In this document: positions 19,876 through 29,539 of the stretch, piece by piece
How the letters are laid out: the number at the start of each line of letters is the position of its first letter
How positions within the stretch are numbered: position 1 is the first letter of the stretch
NCBI GenBank assembly: GCA_036268825.1
Contig: DATATK010000130.1
Span: 132 to 64,131 of the forward strand
DNA: 64,000 bases
Reading direction: 5' to 3'
From: Rhizomicrobium sp.
Lineage (GTDB): Bacteria > Pseudomonadota > Alphaproteobacteria > Micropepsales > Micropepsaceae
Made by a program: the position numbers and the translations under genes
The notes under the pieces: generated by a model
What the model was told of the DNA's origin: nothing
Seen by the model: only the letters and a program-made list of their open reading frames with translations
Database searches by the model: none

Positions 19876-20495
19876 GGCTTTGTGTCCTTCATCGCCGCCG
19901 CTACCGCGAGGCTCGCGGGATCGCCGCGCGCTTCCAATCCCGCGAGTACGCCGGCGAAATCGACGGGCTTCTTGTCCTGTGAGAGTTTGAGCTTGCCTTG
20001 CAGCCGTTCGAACGCAAGCGAGAAGCCCACGATGCCGTTCAGCAGCGCTTCGGTGCGCTCCGGCGGCACCTTGCCGATAAGCCACGGCGTCTTCGGCACG
20101 AGCTTTTCTTCTTCCTGCGCGGAGAGATCGATCACCAGCTTGCGCAAATCCTCGCGCGACAGACGTCGCAGCGCACCCTCGCCCTCCACCACCATGTAAT
20201 TCCACGTCGGCACCGTCACGATCTCGCGATACCAGTCCGGCGAGATATAGGCATCGGCGCCCATCACGCTGATTGAAACGCGCGCGCCGTCTGCCAGCGC
20301 CACCAGCGGGTTGCCAAGCGCCAAGTGAAACCGGATGCCGCCCAACTGGCCGTTCTGCGCATCCACCACCACCGGCGCATAGGCGAACTGCACCGCGCCC
20401 TCACGGCTCGCCGCCACCGTCGCGAAAACGCGTTCGCGCAGCACCGCGTGGAGCACGGCGGCGTCGTCCACGGCAAAGGCGGACGGCCGGTACAT
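19872..20495 (-). CDS. FMN-binding negative transcriptional regulator (PaiB family)
   Basis: MYRPSAF, HLALGNP, AYISPDWY, VPTWNY, GKLKLSQDK. Confidence 0.9.
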   Translation of the reverse strand: MYRPSAFAVDDAAVLHAVLRERVFATVAASREGAVQFAYAPVVVDAQNGQLGGIRFHLALGNPLVALADGARVSISVMGADAYISPDWYREIVTVPTWNYMVVEGEGALRRLSREDLRKLVIDLSAQEEEKLVPKTPWLIGKVPPERTEALLNGIVGFSLAFERLQGKLKLSQDKKPVDFAGVLAGLEARGDPASLAVAAAMKDTKP

Positions 20496-21446
20496 TCACA
20501 CAAGTCCTGTCGTTTCGGGCAGGCCGAGCATGATGTTGAGGTTCTGCACCGCCGCCCCGCCCGCGCCCTTGCCCAGATTGTCGAGCATGGCGACAAGCCG
20601 CGCCTGCCGCGTCTCGTCGTTGCCGAAGACGAACAGCGTCATGCGGTTGGTGTTCTTCAGCATCTCCGCATCGAGATTGGCGAGCGCGGCGCTTTCTTCG
20701 AGGCTCGCCACATCCACCAGCGCCTCGCCGCGATAGGCGTCCGCCAGCGTTGCCTGCAATTCGGCGAGGCTCGGCTTTCCGGGCAGCGCCCAGGATTGCA
20801 GCGGCACCTCGACCAGCATGCCGCGATAGTAACGGCCGACACTCGGCGCGAAGACGGGCGGATGGCCGAGGCCGGCGTGCACGCGCATCTCCGGCACATG
20901 TTTATGCGCGAGGCTGAGCGCATAGGCACGCACCGCGGTCTCGACGTAACGTGGGCTGTCCTTCGCCTCGAACTCCTCGATCATCGCCTTGCCGCCGCCG
21001 GAATAGCCCGACACTGCGTTCACCGTGAGCGGGAAATTCGCCGGCATGATACCGGCGCGCACCAGCGGCCGCGCCAATGCGATGAAGCCGGTGGGATAGC
21101 AGCCTGGGTTCGACACCCGCAGCGAAGCCGCGATCTTCGCCCGCTGGCCATCGCCCATTTCCGGGAAGCCATAGGCCCAGCCGGGCGCGGTGCGGTGGGC
21201 GGTGGAAGCGTCGATCACGCGAACGGTGTTCTTCTCGATCAGCGACACCGATTCCCGCGCCGCCTCGTCCGGCAGGCAGAGAATCACCAGGTCGCTCTCG
21301 TTCAGCGCCTCCCGCCGCGCGGCCGGATCCTTGCGCTGGGCATCGGAAAGCCGCACCAGTTCAAGATCGGCGCGGCTTTCCAGCCGCTCGCGAATCTCAA
21401 GCCCCGTCGTGCCCGCCGCCCCGTCGATGAAGACCTTTGCCGCCAT
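20496..21446 (-). CDS. argC: N-acetyl-gamma-glutamyl-phosphate reductase (type 2)
   Basis: VFIDGAAGTTG, DASTAHR, NPGCYPTG, DNLGKGAGGAAVQN. Confidence 0.96.
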   Translation of the reverse strand: MAAKVFIDGAAGTTGLEIRERLESRADLELVRLSDAQRKDPAARREALNESDLVILCLPDEAARESVSLIEKNTVRVIDASTAHRTAPGWAYGFPEMGDGQRAKIAASLRVSNPGCYPTGFIALARPLVRAGIMPANFPLTVNAVSGYSGGGKAMIEEFEAKDSPRYVETAVRAYALSLAHKHVPEMRVHAGLGHPPVFAPSVGRYYRGMLVEVPLQSWALPGKPSLAELQATLADAYRGEALVDVASLEESAALANLDAEMLKNTNRMTLFVFGNDETRQARLVAMLDNLGKGAGGAAVQNLNIMLGLPETTGLV

Positions 21447-21600
21447 GTGTCCGCCTGCCCGCGCCCTGCCGTCATTGACAGTCCGTAAGGTGGCCTTTTA
21501 GCTCATCTTGAGCGGCGAATCCGAGTCTTTCGGTTTCGCGCCTCGGTGTGCGCCGTCACCCGCACTGCACGACGAGGCCTTGCCTCGTAAGGAGACGATC

Positions 21601-22095
21601 ATGGGGCCGATCGACGCCAACAAGCTTTGGCAGAATTTCCTGGACACGGTTCAGAACCATTACATGGACTTCGATGGCCGCATCGGCAGAGCGCAGTTCT
21701 GGTTCTACTGTCTCGTCGTTTTCGCATTGTGGATTGGCGCACTCGTCGTTGCAGCGATCACGACGCATTTGCTCCTTACCTTGTTTGCTCTCGCCCTTCT
21801 GCTGCCGAATCTCGGCATGACGGTTCGCCGGCTGCATGACACCGGCAAGCCGGGCATATGGGTGCTGCTTCTCGCAGTGCCGCTCGTGCTGTTCATGCTG
21901 ATGGGTATATTTGCGATATTGGGCGGGGCTTTGGGCTTTCTGGCGATGCTCTATGCGTTCACCAGGCTCATCTCGCTCGTGTCGCTCGTGTGCTTCATCG
22001 CGCTGGTCTACTTTTGCGCCCAGCCCGGAACGCCAGGCGGCAATGCCTTTGGCGCCGTGCCGCCGGTGTGGACGCCCGGCCCGGGCGCGCCGTAA
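21601..22095 (+). CDS. DUF805 membrane protein
   Basis: FDGRIGRAQFW, VRRLHDTGK, GTPGGNAFG; AAGGAG RBS. Confidence 0.88.
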   Translation: MGPIDANKLWQNFLDTVQNHYMDFDGRIGRAQFWFYCLVVFALWIGALVVAAITTHLLLTLFALALLLPNLGMTVRRLHDTGKPGIWVLLLAVPLVLFMLMGIFAILGGALGFLAMLYAFTRLISLVSLVCFIALVYFCAQPGTPGGNAFGAVPPVWTPGPGAP

Positions 22096-22119
22096 GCAGA
22101 GTATTGCCGAATTCCAAGG

Positions 22120-22154
22120 AAAGGGACGCTTCGCGGCGCCCTTTGTGCTTTTTT
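22120..22154 (+). terminator. Intrinsic terminator after DUF805 gene
   Basis: AAAGGGACGCT-TCGC-GGCGCCCTTT stem followed by GTGCTTTTTT. Confidence 0.65.
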
Positions 22155-22424
22155 GCATCGCACGACGACACAGTATTGATCGCCGCTACCGTCGTCTACA
22201 TCAAAGAAAGACGCGCACAAACCGGCCTCATCATCAAATTTATATTTCTCCAAATCTGCAAATACCTGGATATCAATTGGCGGTTTAACGATTGATTCTG
22301 TCAAATTTGGCCCTGTTCGCACTTTGTTAAGACTCTCAGGACTATGGTCCCTCCCGCACAAGTAGTAATAGCGGCTCGCAGCTTTCTCTAGGTTGTTAGG
22401 CCGGTCACCCTCTGGGAGAAGTTC

Positions 22425-22949
22425 ATGCACGGTCTCAAGCACCCCTTCCGCAGTCCTGCCTGCCAGATTGGCATTCTGACGCTTGCCCTGATGGCCGGCT
22501 CCGCAACCGCTGACGCCACCACCGCCACCGGCACCTTCGCGGTGACGGCGACGGTACTGTCGGGTTGCGCGGTGGTGGCCACCGACCTGATCTTCGGCAA
22601 CTACACCAGCACCTCAGGCACCCCGCTCGACGCCACCAGCACGGTCGTCGCCACCTGCACCAGCGGCGTGGCCTACACTGTCGCAGCCGACGCAGGCACC
22701 GGTACCAGCGCCACCGAGGCCGCCCGTTCCATGACCGGCCTGATCGGCGGCGGCGCGCTCAACTACCTACTCTACACGAACTCCGGTCACTCCACGCTGT
22801 GGGGCGACGGAACGCTCTCGACGACTACCTTCGGCGGCACCGCCGGTCTCCTGCCCACCACCTACACCGTGTATGGCCGCATCCCGATCTCGCAGCACCC
22901 CGCTGCCGGTCTCTATGCGGACCTCGTCACCGTCACGCTGACCTATTAG
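22425..22949 (+). CDS. Spore-coat-U domain pilin (Csu-type major subunit)
   Basis: Signal peptide, VTATVLSGC..FGNY..C, LNYLLY..WGDG, VYGRIP, G.Y.D.VTVTLTY. Confidence 0.88.
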   Translation: MHGLKHPFRSPACQIGILTLALMAGSATADATTATGTFAVTATVLSGCAVVATDLIFGNYTSTSGTPLDATSTVVATCTSGVAYTVAADAGTGTSATEAARSMTGLIGGGALNYLLYTNSGHSTLWGDGTLSTTTFGGTAGLLPTTYTVYGRIPISQHPAAGLYADLVTVTLTY

Positions 22950-22957
22950 GCCGCGTC

Positions 22958-23689
22958 ATGCGCTGGGGGGCAGGGTTCAGTTTGGGACTGGCCGCGGCCG
23001 CCGCTCTGTTGGCGACGTCCCCCGCCGCGGCCGGTTCCATCGAGATCGCGCCGACAACGATAGAGGTGCCGGCGCGCGCCGGCACCGCCGTCGTCTACAT
23101 CACAAACCACGGCGATCAGGCGATCGTCGCCCAGGTGCAGGCCTACGACTGGCGGCAGACGGACAAAGGCGAGCAGCTCGATCCCAGCACCACGCTGTCG
23201 ATCAGCCCGCCCATGGCGCGCGTGCCGCCCGGCCAGCGCCAGACCATACGCCTCGCCATCACGCCCGACCCCGGCGCCACGACCGAACGCAGTTTCCGCC
23301 TGCTGATCAGCGAACTTCCCGATCCTTCGGGCCCTGCCACGCTGGGTGTCCGCGTGATGCTGCAATTCAGCGTGCCTGTCTTCGCGGCTGGCAAGCAGCC
23401 CCGGCAGGCACAACTGGTCTGGTCACTCGACCGCGACGCCGCCGGCGTGACGCTCACCGCGCGCAACGACGGAACGCTGCACGCCAAACTGGTCGCGCCG
23501 GCGCTGATAACGGCTGATGGAAAGCGCATCGCCGCGACGCCCGCCGGGCTCGCTTACATATTGCCCGGCGCAGCGCAGCGCTGGACGATCCCGGCAAGCG
23601 ATCTCAGACCCGGCGAAGACGTGCACGTCTCCGGGCGCGACGACGCGGACGGCAACGCCCTCGACGCAACGCTCGCCATTCCCAGATGA
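22958..23689 (+). CDS. Fimbrial periplasmic chaperone (CsuC-like)
   Basis: Signal peptide, SPPMARVPPGQRQTIRL, ERSFRLLISELP, SVPVF, NDG..H, YILPG. Confidence 0.88.
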   Translation: MRWGAGFSLGLAAAAALLATSPAAAGSIEIAPTTIEVPARAGTAVVYITNHGDQAIVAQVQAYDWRQTDKGEQLDPSTTLSISPPMARVPPGQRQTIRLAITPDPGATTERSFRLLISELPDPSGPATLGVRVMLQFSVPVFAAGKQPRQAQLVWSLDRDAAGVTLTARNDGTLHAKLVAPALITADGKRIAATPAGLAYILPGAAQRWTIPASDLRPGEDVHVSGRDDADGNALDATLAIPR

Positions 23690-26001
23690 GCACGCCGCGC
23701 GCCGCGACGCTGGCCGCCATCGCATGGCTCCTGTGCTCGGCGGCCGCCGCCGCGTCGCCGGATGATCCGTTGCTGCTGGAGATCTGGATCAACGGCCACT
23801 CTGACCATATCGTTGCGACCGTCGCGAAACGGGGCGGCGAACTCTGGGCCAAAGCCAGCGATCTTCAGGCTGCCGGCGTCAAGGTTATGCCGCAGGAGAA
23901 GACCACGGACGGCTTGGTTGCGGTGACATCGCTGAGCGGCGTGACCGCGAAGATCGTCGACACCGAACAGAAGCTCGAAATCGCGGCGGTGAAAAACCGG
24001 CTCGCGCCGCAAGTGTTCGACCTGCGCGCGATACCGCCTCAAACGCAATCCACGTCTGCCTACGGTTTCATCGGGGCCTATAATCTCGCCGCCACGGTCG
24101 ACAATCTGGGTCATCTGGGCAACACGTCCGGGATCGGCGCGGAATTGGGCGGCACATTCTTTTCGCCCTGGGCGACGCTCACCGGCAACGGCATTTTCGA
24201 AGACGACCCCGGTTTCTCCCAGGCGACGCGCCTCGACACGACGCTCGAGTTCGACCAGCCCGGTTCCTTGCGCGCTTGGCTGATCGGCGACGCGATCTCG
24301 GGCAATCTCGACTGGTCGCGGCCGGTGCGTTTCGCGGGCTTCCAGGTCGCGACGGATTTCACCTTGCGGCCCGATCTCGTCACCATGCCGCTGCCTGCTT
24401 TCTTCGGCGACGCGGCCGTGCCCTCCACCGTGGACGTCTTCGTCAACGCGGCGCGCGTCTTCGAGACCGGCATGGATCAGGGCCCGTTCGAGATCGACAA
24501 CATCCCCGTCGTCACCGGCAGCGGCCAGGCGAGCATCGTGGTGCGCGACGCGCTCGGCCAGGAGACCGCGGTGCAGCTCCCCTATTTCGCGTCCGATGCG
24601 CTGTTGCAGAAGGGCCTTTCCGCTTACGATTTCGACGCCGGATTTCTCCGCCGCGAATACGGCATCAACAGTTTCGACTATGCCGATCCCCTCGCGATGG
24701 GCACATGGCGCTACGGCCTGACCAATTACCTCACGATCGAAACCCATGCCGAAGCCTCCCAGGACACGCAGCTCGTGGGCGCGGGCATGGCATTCTTTCT
24801 TGGCGCCTACGGCGTGGCGCAGTTCGACGCCGCGCAAAGCACAAGCGACCAGAACGGACAACGCCGCGGCGGCACGCTCGTTTCCGCATCGGTCAGCAGC
24901 CAATGGCGCCAGTTCGGGGCATTCGGCTCGGTGGTTGCGACGTCCGGTCATTACGACGACATCGCGAGCCTTGACGCATTGCCGCCGCCGAAACTGCAAT
25001 TCCAGGCGGGCGGCAACGTCAATCTCGGGCATGCCGGATCGCTCGGCATCGCCTGGATCAACATCGAGCGCGACGGTGAAACGCCATCGCGTCTCGCATC
25101 GGCCTCCTATTCTCTGTCCCTCGCCGACCGCTGGTATTTCGGCACGACGGGTTTTTACGATTGCGTCAACAAGGTCTGGGCCGCCGAACTGTTCCTCAGC
25201 ATCGCCCTCGACAACGGCGCGCTCGCACAGGCCAGCGTCCGCACCGGCACGCACGACGACGAAGTGCAGGCGGGCGTGATCAAGGGCGCCGATCCCGATG
25301 GCGGCTTCGGCTACCGGCTCACCGCTGCCACCGGCGATCTCGACATCGACGAAGCCGAGGCCACCTGGATCGGACCGCACGGCAGCATCGATGCGGGGCT
25401 GTCCTCCGTAAACGGACAATTGTCCGGCCGCGTGCTCGCCACCGGCGCCGTCGTCGCGATGGATGGCGGCGTCTATGCAACGCAAGTGCCGAACGGCGCG
25501 GTAGCGCTGGTCCATGCGGGCGAACCCGGCGCGCGCATCTATCGCGAGAACCGCGAGGTCGCGGTGGCGGACGATGACGGCGACGCACTAATCACAAACC
25601 TTCAGCCCTATGCCGAGAACCGCATCTCCGTCGATCCGCAGGATTACAAAATGACCGCGATCCTGGACACGACGCAGAAGACCGCCGTGCCCCGGCGCCG
25701 CAGCGGCGTGATCGTGGACCTCGCGCCCATCGCGCATCATCCGGCCGTGGTGGTGCTCGCCTTCGCCGATGGCACCGCGCCGCAACCCGGCTCGCGCGTC
25801 GCACTGGACGACGGCGGCGCACCGCTGGTTGTGGGCCGCGGCGGCGAAATCTTCTTCGGCGATCTCGACAGGCCGCAACATGGCGCGGTGCAACTGGGGC
25901 ACGGCATATGCCGCTTCTCGGTGTCCCCGCCGGCGGTTCCCAAGACGGACACGATCCCGACACTCGGCCCGGTGCTCTGCACGAAGGATCCGGCGACATG
26001 A
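23686..26001 (+). CDS. Fimbrial outer membrane usher (CsuD-like)
   Basis: TRLDTT, GDAISG..WSRPVRFAG, PSTVDVFVN, RDALG, LL.KGLSAY, RYGLTN.LT; C-terminal Cys pair. Confidence 0.92.
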   Translation: MSTPRAATLAAIAWLLCSAAAAASPDDPLLLEIWINGHSDHIVATVAKRGGELWAKASDLQAAGVKVMPQEKTTDGLVAVTSLSGVTAKIVDTEQKLEIAAVKNRLAPQVFDLRAIPPQTQSTSAYGFIGAYNLAATVDNLGHLGNTSGIGAELGGTFFSPWATLTGNGIFEDDPGFSQATRLDTTLEFDQPGSLRAWLIGDAISGNLDWSRPVRFAGFQVATDFTLRPDLVTMPLPAFFGDAAVPSTVDVFVNAARVFETGMDQGPFEIDNIPVVTGSGQASIVVRDALGQETAVQLPYFASDALLQKGLSAYDFDAGFLRREYGINSFDYADPLAMGTWRYGLTNYLTIETHAEASQDTQLVGAGMAFFLGAYGVAQFDAAQSTSDQNGQRRGGTLVSASVSSQWRQFGAFGSVVATSGHYDDIASLDALPPPKLQFQAGGNVNLGHAGSLGIAWINIERDGETPSRLASASYSLSLADRWYFGTTGFYDCVNKVWAAELFLSIALDNGALAQASVRTGTHDDEVQAGVIKGADPDGGFGYRLTAATGDLDIDEAEATWIGPHGSIDAGLSSVNGQLSGRVLATGAVVAMDGGVYATQVPNGAVALVHAGEPGARIYRENREVAVADDDGDALITNLQPYAENRISVDPQDYKMTAILDTTQKTAVPRRRSGVIVDLAPIAHHPAVVVLAFADGTAPQPGSRVALDDGGAPLVVGRGGEIFFGDLDRPQHGAVQLGHGICRFSVSPPAVPKTDTIPTLGPVLCTKDPAT

Positions 26002-26471
26002 AATCGCGCACTGCGTTTTTGACCGCCTTCACGCTGCTCACCGCGACGCCCGCGATGGCCGCCACATGCGGCGGCGTGTTGAACCCGGTGCTCGTCGTCC
26101 CCACTGCAGTCTCGTTCGGCCTCTACCAGCCGGGCTCTTCCGATACGCCGGCCAACGGATCGATCGCGGTGTCCTGCACCGTGACGTTGGGCTCCGCGCT
26201 CCCGACTTTCACCATCGCGATATCGAGCGGAAACGCCCATCAATTCACGCCGCGGCAGATGAGCTTCCTCGGCACGCCGCTCAACTACAATCTCTACACC
26301 ACCGGTTCCTTCGGCCAGATCTGGGGCGACGGGACGGCGCCAAGCGTGACGCAGTCCTATTCCGCGGGCGCCGCGCAAACGACATTCACGGTCTACGGCC
26401 TGATCCCGCACGGCCAATTCGTGGCGCCAGGCCTCTATTCCGATGGCGTCACCGTGACGGTGACGTTCTGA
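25998..26471 (+). CDS. Spore-coat-U domain pilin (second subunit)
   Basis: Signal peptide, FGLY..C, LNYNLY..IWGDG, VYGLIP, G.YSD.VTVTVTF. Confidence 0.86.
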   Translation: MKSRTAFLTAFTLLTATPAMAATCGGVLNPVLVVPTAVSFGLYQPGSSDTPANGSIAVSCTVTLGSALPTFTIAISSGNAHQFTPRQMSFLGTPLNYNLYTTGSFGQIWGDGTAPSVTQSYSAGAAQTTFTVYGLIPHGQFVAPGLYSDGVTVTVTF

Positions 26472-26496
26472 TCCGCTGCCCGCAGGCGGTCGCTGC

Positions 26497-27015
26497 TTAA
26501 TGACGATCCTGCGGCGCGTAGACCGCGGCGTTCAGGATATGATCGACGCGGCCGGCCCCCAGAGGCAGATAGCAGGTCTCGAACAGCACGAAGCGCTTGT
26601 CCGGCGCATCCCAGCCGATCTCTGAGCGGAACGCATAGGCGCAGCCGCTCTTGCGCACCAGATCGTAGGACCCCTTGAGCCGCCTGCCGAATTTCGGCGA
26701 CGCGGTGATGACGTCGCTCACGCGCCGGTGCTGGTAGCTCGTGCCATAGGCTTGCACATGGGCATCGCCGATCGTGCGGAACTCATAATCCACGCCGTCG
26801 TCCAGCACGCGCGCCAGACTGATATATTTGAGCGCGTTGCCCAGCCTGCGGAGCGAAAGCTTCTCGCGCGGCGGCATCGCCCCCGAGCCTCGCCACTCCT
26901 GCCATGCGGCGAATACGTTCTGCAGCACGGGGCTTTCAAGCTCGGCAAACGGGATCAACGCCACAGACGCGCTTCCGGATGCCGAACCCGGTGCCACCGT
27001 GAATGCTTTCGACAT
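26497..27015 (-). CDS. PAS-domain (PAS_5-like) protein
   Basis: W..WRG...MP.R, FRTIG, E..YLPL pattern of alphaproteobacterial PAS_5 proteins. Confidence 0.7.
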   Translation of the reverse strand: MSKAFTVAPGSASGSASVALIPFAELESPVLQNVFAAWQEWRGSGAMPPREKLSLRRLGNALKYISLARVLDDGVDYEFRTIGDAHVQAYGTSYQHRRVSDVITASPKFGRRLKGSYDLVRKSGCAYAFRSEIGWDAPDKRFVLFETCYLPLGAGRVDHILNAAVYAPQDRH

Positions 27016-27173
27016 GCGCAACGCCTCTCATGTGCGAGGACGATGTCACAATGCGCCAAATCCGGACAAGGCGCCCGCGCCGTCGAAAGCATGAATAACG
27101 AATGGTTGACCGATCGGTTAGACTCCGCGCCGGTTGCAGCGCTGCAAAACGTTCACCGGCGCCCGAGCATGGC

Positions 27174-27198
27174 AAAACGCCCGCTCACCGAGCGGGCG
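27174..27198 (-). terminator. Intrinsic terminator after small Gln/Gly-rich gene
   Basis: CGCCCGCTC-ACC-GAGCGGGCG stem with adjacent AAAA on + (U tract on -). Confidence 0.65.
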
Positions 27199-27214
27199 CT
27201 TCGCGTTCATTCCG

Positions 27215-27409
27215 TTACGGCTTGGAACCCTGGTTCTTCCGGGATTCCATGTCCTTCGAGCCGCCTTTGTTGGCGCCGGTCTTGTCGCTGCCGCCGGTCA
27301 AATCGTCCTGGCCGCGGCGGCCTTCCTGCTGCTGTTGCTGTTGCTGCGGGTTGTTACGCTGCCCGCCCTGCTGGCCTTGACGGTCGTTCGGCTGATGGTT
27401 CTGGCCCAT
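27215..27409 (-). CDS. Small hydrophilic Gln/Gly-rich protein (64 aa)
   Basis: CAGGAGG RBS, own terminator and EcfG-like promoter; MGQNHQPNDRQGQQGGQ... Confidence 0.72.
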   Translation of the reverse strand: MGQNHQPNDRQGQQGGQRNNPQQQQQQQEGRRGQDDLTGGSDKTGANKGGSKDMESRKNQGSKP

Positions 27410-27436
27410 GGTTTCCTCCTGTTGGGACAGCAGGAT

Positions 27437-27462
27437 AACGATGGAACACGCGCCGCGGTTTC
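27437..27462 (-). promoter_or_regulatory. Putative EcfG/sigmaT (general stress) promoter
   Basis: GAAAC-N17-CGTT, one mismatch to GGAAC-N16/17-CGTT, just upstream of the RBS. Confidence 0.55.
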
Positions 27463-27540
27463 GGCACATTCTTGCCATATGAAAATCCGCCGCGGATTTA
27501 TTTTCGCGGGCCGCGGCGCGGCGCCAAGGCGGCACATAAC

Positions 27541-27570
27541 AAAACAGCGGTCCGGATTTCTCCGGGCCGC
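27541..27570 (-). terminator. Terminator after rpsI
   Basis: GCGGTCCGGA-TTTC-TCCGGGCCGC stem with AAAA on +. Confidence 0.65.
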
Positions 27571-27597
27571 CGCTTTGAAACAATTCGATACGCCGCG

Positions 27598-28095
27598 TTA
27601 TCTTTTCGAGAACTGGAAGCTTCTGCGGGCTTTCGGGTGGCCGTACTTCTTGCGCTCGACGACGCGCGGGTCGCGGGTCAGGAAGCCGCCGGGCTTGAGC
27701 ACCGGTCGCAGGCTGGGCTCGTAGGCGATGAGCGCGCGGCTGATGCCATGGCGCACGGCGCCGGCCTGGCCGGAAAGGCCGCCGCCGACGACCGTCACGA
27801 CGATGTCGAACTGGCCGTCGCGGTTCGCGGCGATCAGCGGCTGGCGCAGGATCATGCGCAGGACGGGGCGCGCGAAATAGATCTTCTCTTCGCGGCCGTT
27901 GACCGTGATCTGGCCGCGGCCCGGCTTGATCCAGACGCGGGCAACCGCGTTCTTGCGGCGGCCGGTGGCATAGGCGCGGCCCTTGGAGTCGCGATTGGGC
28001 TTTGCGGCCTCGGCCGCTTCGGCCGCGCTCGGGGGGGCTTTCGCCTTGATCAGCGTCGTCTTCAGATCGCCGAAGCTTTTGACTTCTTCCGCCAT
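27598..28095 (-). CDS. rpsI: 30S ribosomal protein S9
   Basis: [27 protein letters not shown]-terminal QFSKR. Confidence 0.98.
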   Translation of the reverse strand: MAEEVKSFGDLKTTLIKAKAPPSAAEAAEAAKPNRDSKGRAYATGRRKNAVARVWIKPGRGQITVNGREEKIYFARPVLRMILRQPLIAANRDGQFDIVVTVVGGGLSGQAGAVRHGISRALIAYEPSLRPVLKPGGFLTRDPRVVERKKYGHPKARRSFQFSKR

Positions 28096-28097
28096 GG

Positions 28098-28577
28098 TCA
28101 GGCCGCCTTCGCTTTGCGGATTGGGGAATTCTTTTCGTTCATGCTGCCCACGTCGAGCGCCTCGGGCTGCTGCGCCTCATGCGGATGCTCCGCACCCGGA
28201 TAAACGTGCAGGTGAGAGAGGCAGCGGCGGCCGAGAGGACCGCGCGGCAACATGCGCTCGATCGCCTTCTCGACGATCCGCTCGGGATACTTGCCCGCGA
28301 GGATCGCGCCGGCGGTGCGGGACTTGATGCCGCCGATATAGCCGGTGTGCCAGTGATAGACCTTGGTCTTGAGCTTGTTGCCCGTCAGCACGGCCTTGGT
28401 GGCGTTGACCACGATGACGTGGTCACCGCAATCCATATGGGGCGTGAAGGTGGGCTTGTGCTTGCCGCGCAGGCGCATCGCGATGATCGAGGCGAGCCGG
28501 CCGACGACGAGGCCTTCGGCATCGACGACGATCCACTTCTTCTCGATCTCGGACGGCTTGGCCGAGTAGGTTTTCAT
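28098..28577 (-). CDS. rplM: 50S ribosomal protein L13
   Basis: [38 protein letters not shown]. Confidence 0.98.
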   Translation of the reverse strand: MKTYSAKPSEIEKKWIVVDAEGLVVGRLASIIAMRLRGKHKPTFTPHMDCGDHVIVVNATKAVLTGNKLKTKVYHWHTGYIGGIKSRTAGAILAGKYPERIVEKAIERMLPRGPLGRRCLSHLHVYPGAEHPHEAQQPEALDVGSMNEKNSPIRKAKAA

Positions 28578-28723
28578 GGCAGAATGTCTCCGAACCAGGT
28601 CCGAAGCGGAAATGGCTTCCGGCTCGGGAGGCGTCCTGTACGCGAGACGCATGGGGCGGTCAAGCAAAAAGCCAGTGTTTCTGGGCATTAAAGGGTTACG
28701 GTACTATAATACCGTAAAAAGAC

Positions 28724-29539
28724 ATGGCGAAAGGTAAAACATCCGGCGAAATCCGCGTGGGCATCGGCGGGTGGACGTACGAGCCGTGGCGCGGCGGGAT
28801 GTTCTATCCCAAAGGCCTAGCCCAGGCGCGCGAGCTGCAGCATGCCAGCCGCGCCCTCACCACGATCGAAATCAACGGCACCTATTACAGCACGCAGAAG
28901 CCCGCCAGCTTCCGCAAATGGGCGGACGAGACGCCGGACGATTTCGTGTTCTCGGTGAAAGCGCACCGCCTCGCGACCAATCGCAAGGTGCTGGCGGAGG
29001 CGGGGCCGTCGATCGAACGGTTCCTGACGAGCGGCCTTTCCGAGATGAAGCACAAGCTCGGCCCCATCCTGTGGCAGATGGCGCCGTTCAAGAAATTCGA
29101 GCCGGACGACTTCGAAGCGTTCCTCGCGCTCCTGCCGAAGACGCTGGACGGCCGCTCGTTGCGCCATGCGGTGGAAGTGCGTCACGAGAGTTTCGTGGTG
29201 CCGGAATTCGTGGCGCTGGCGCGCAAATACGGCGCGGCCATCGTCTACGCCCATCACGAGAAATACCCCGCCATCGCGGATGTGACGGCCGATTTCGCCT
29301 ATGCGCGGCTCCAGCAGAGCGCGGCGAAAGTGGAGACGGGCTACACGCCGGCCGCGATCCGGAAATGGGCAGCCTGCGCGCAGGATTGGGCGCAAGGCAA
29401 GGCGCCGCCCACCCCGCCCTCCGTGGGCAAGGCGGGAAAAGCGGCGAAGACGGACGTGTTCGTCTATTTCATCTCCGGCGCCAAGGAGCGCGCGCCGGCG
29501 GCGGCGCAAGCGTTGTTGAAGGCCCTGAACAAAGCCTAA
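28724..29539 (+). CDS. DUF72 family protein
   Basis: IRVGIGGWTY..W, IEINGTYY, F.FSVKA, AVEVRHESF, YARL. Confidence 0.92.
   Translation: MAKGKTSGEIRVGIGGWTYEPWRGGMFYPKGLAQARELQHASRALTTIEINGTYYSTQKPASFRKWADETPDDFVFSVKAHRLATNRKVLAEAGPSIERFLTSGLSEMKHKLGPILWQMAPFKKFEPDDFEAFLALLPKTLDGRSLRHAVEVRHESFVVPEFVALARKYGAAIVYAHHEKYPAIADVTADFAYARLQQSAAKVETGYTPAAIRKWAACAQDWAQGKAPPTPPSVGKAGKAAKTDVFVYFISGAKERAPAAAQALLKALNKA

Noticed and set aside
22008-22442. 144-aa minus-strand ORF across the AT-rich pilus leader
   Set aside because: Overlaps both neighbouring genes and a terminator; no RBS or motif support.
27090-27125. CtrA-like box upstream of the PAS gene
   Set aside because: Best match TCAA-N7-TTAT has two mismatches; too weak.
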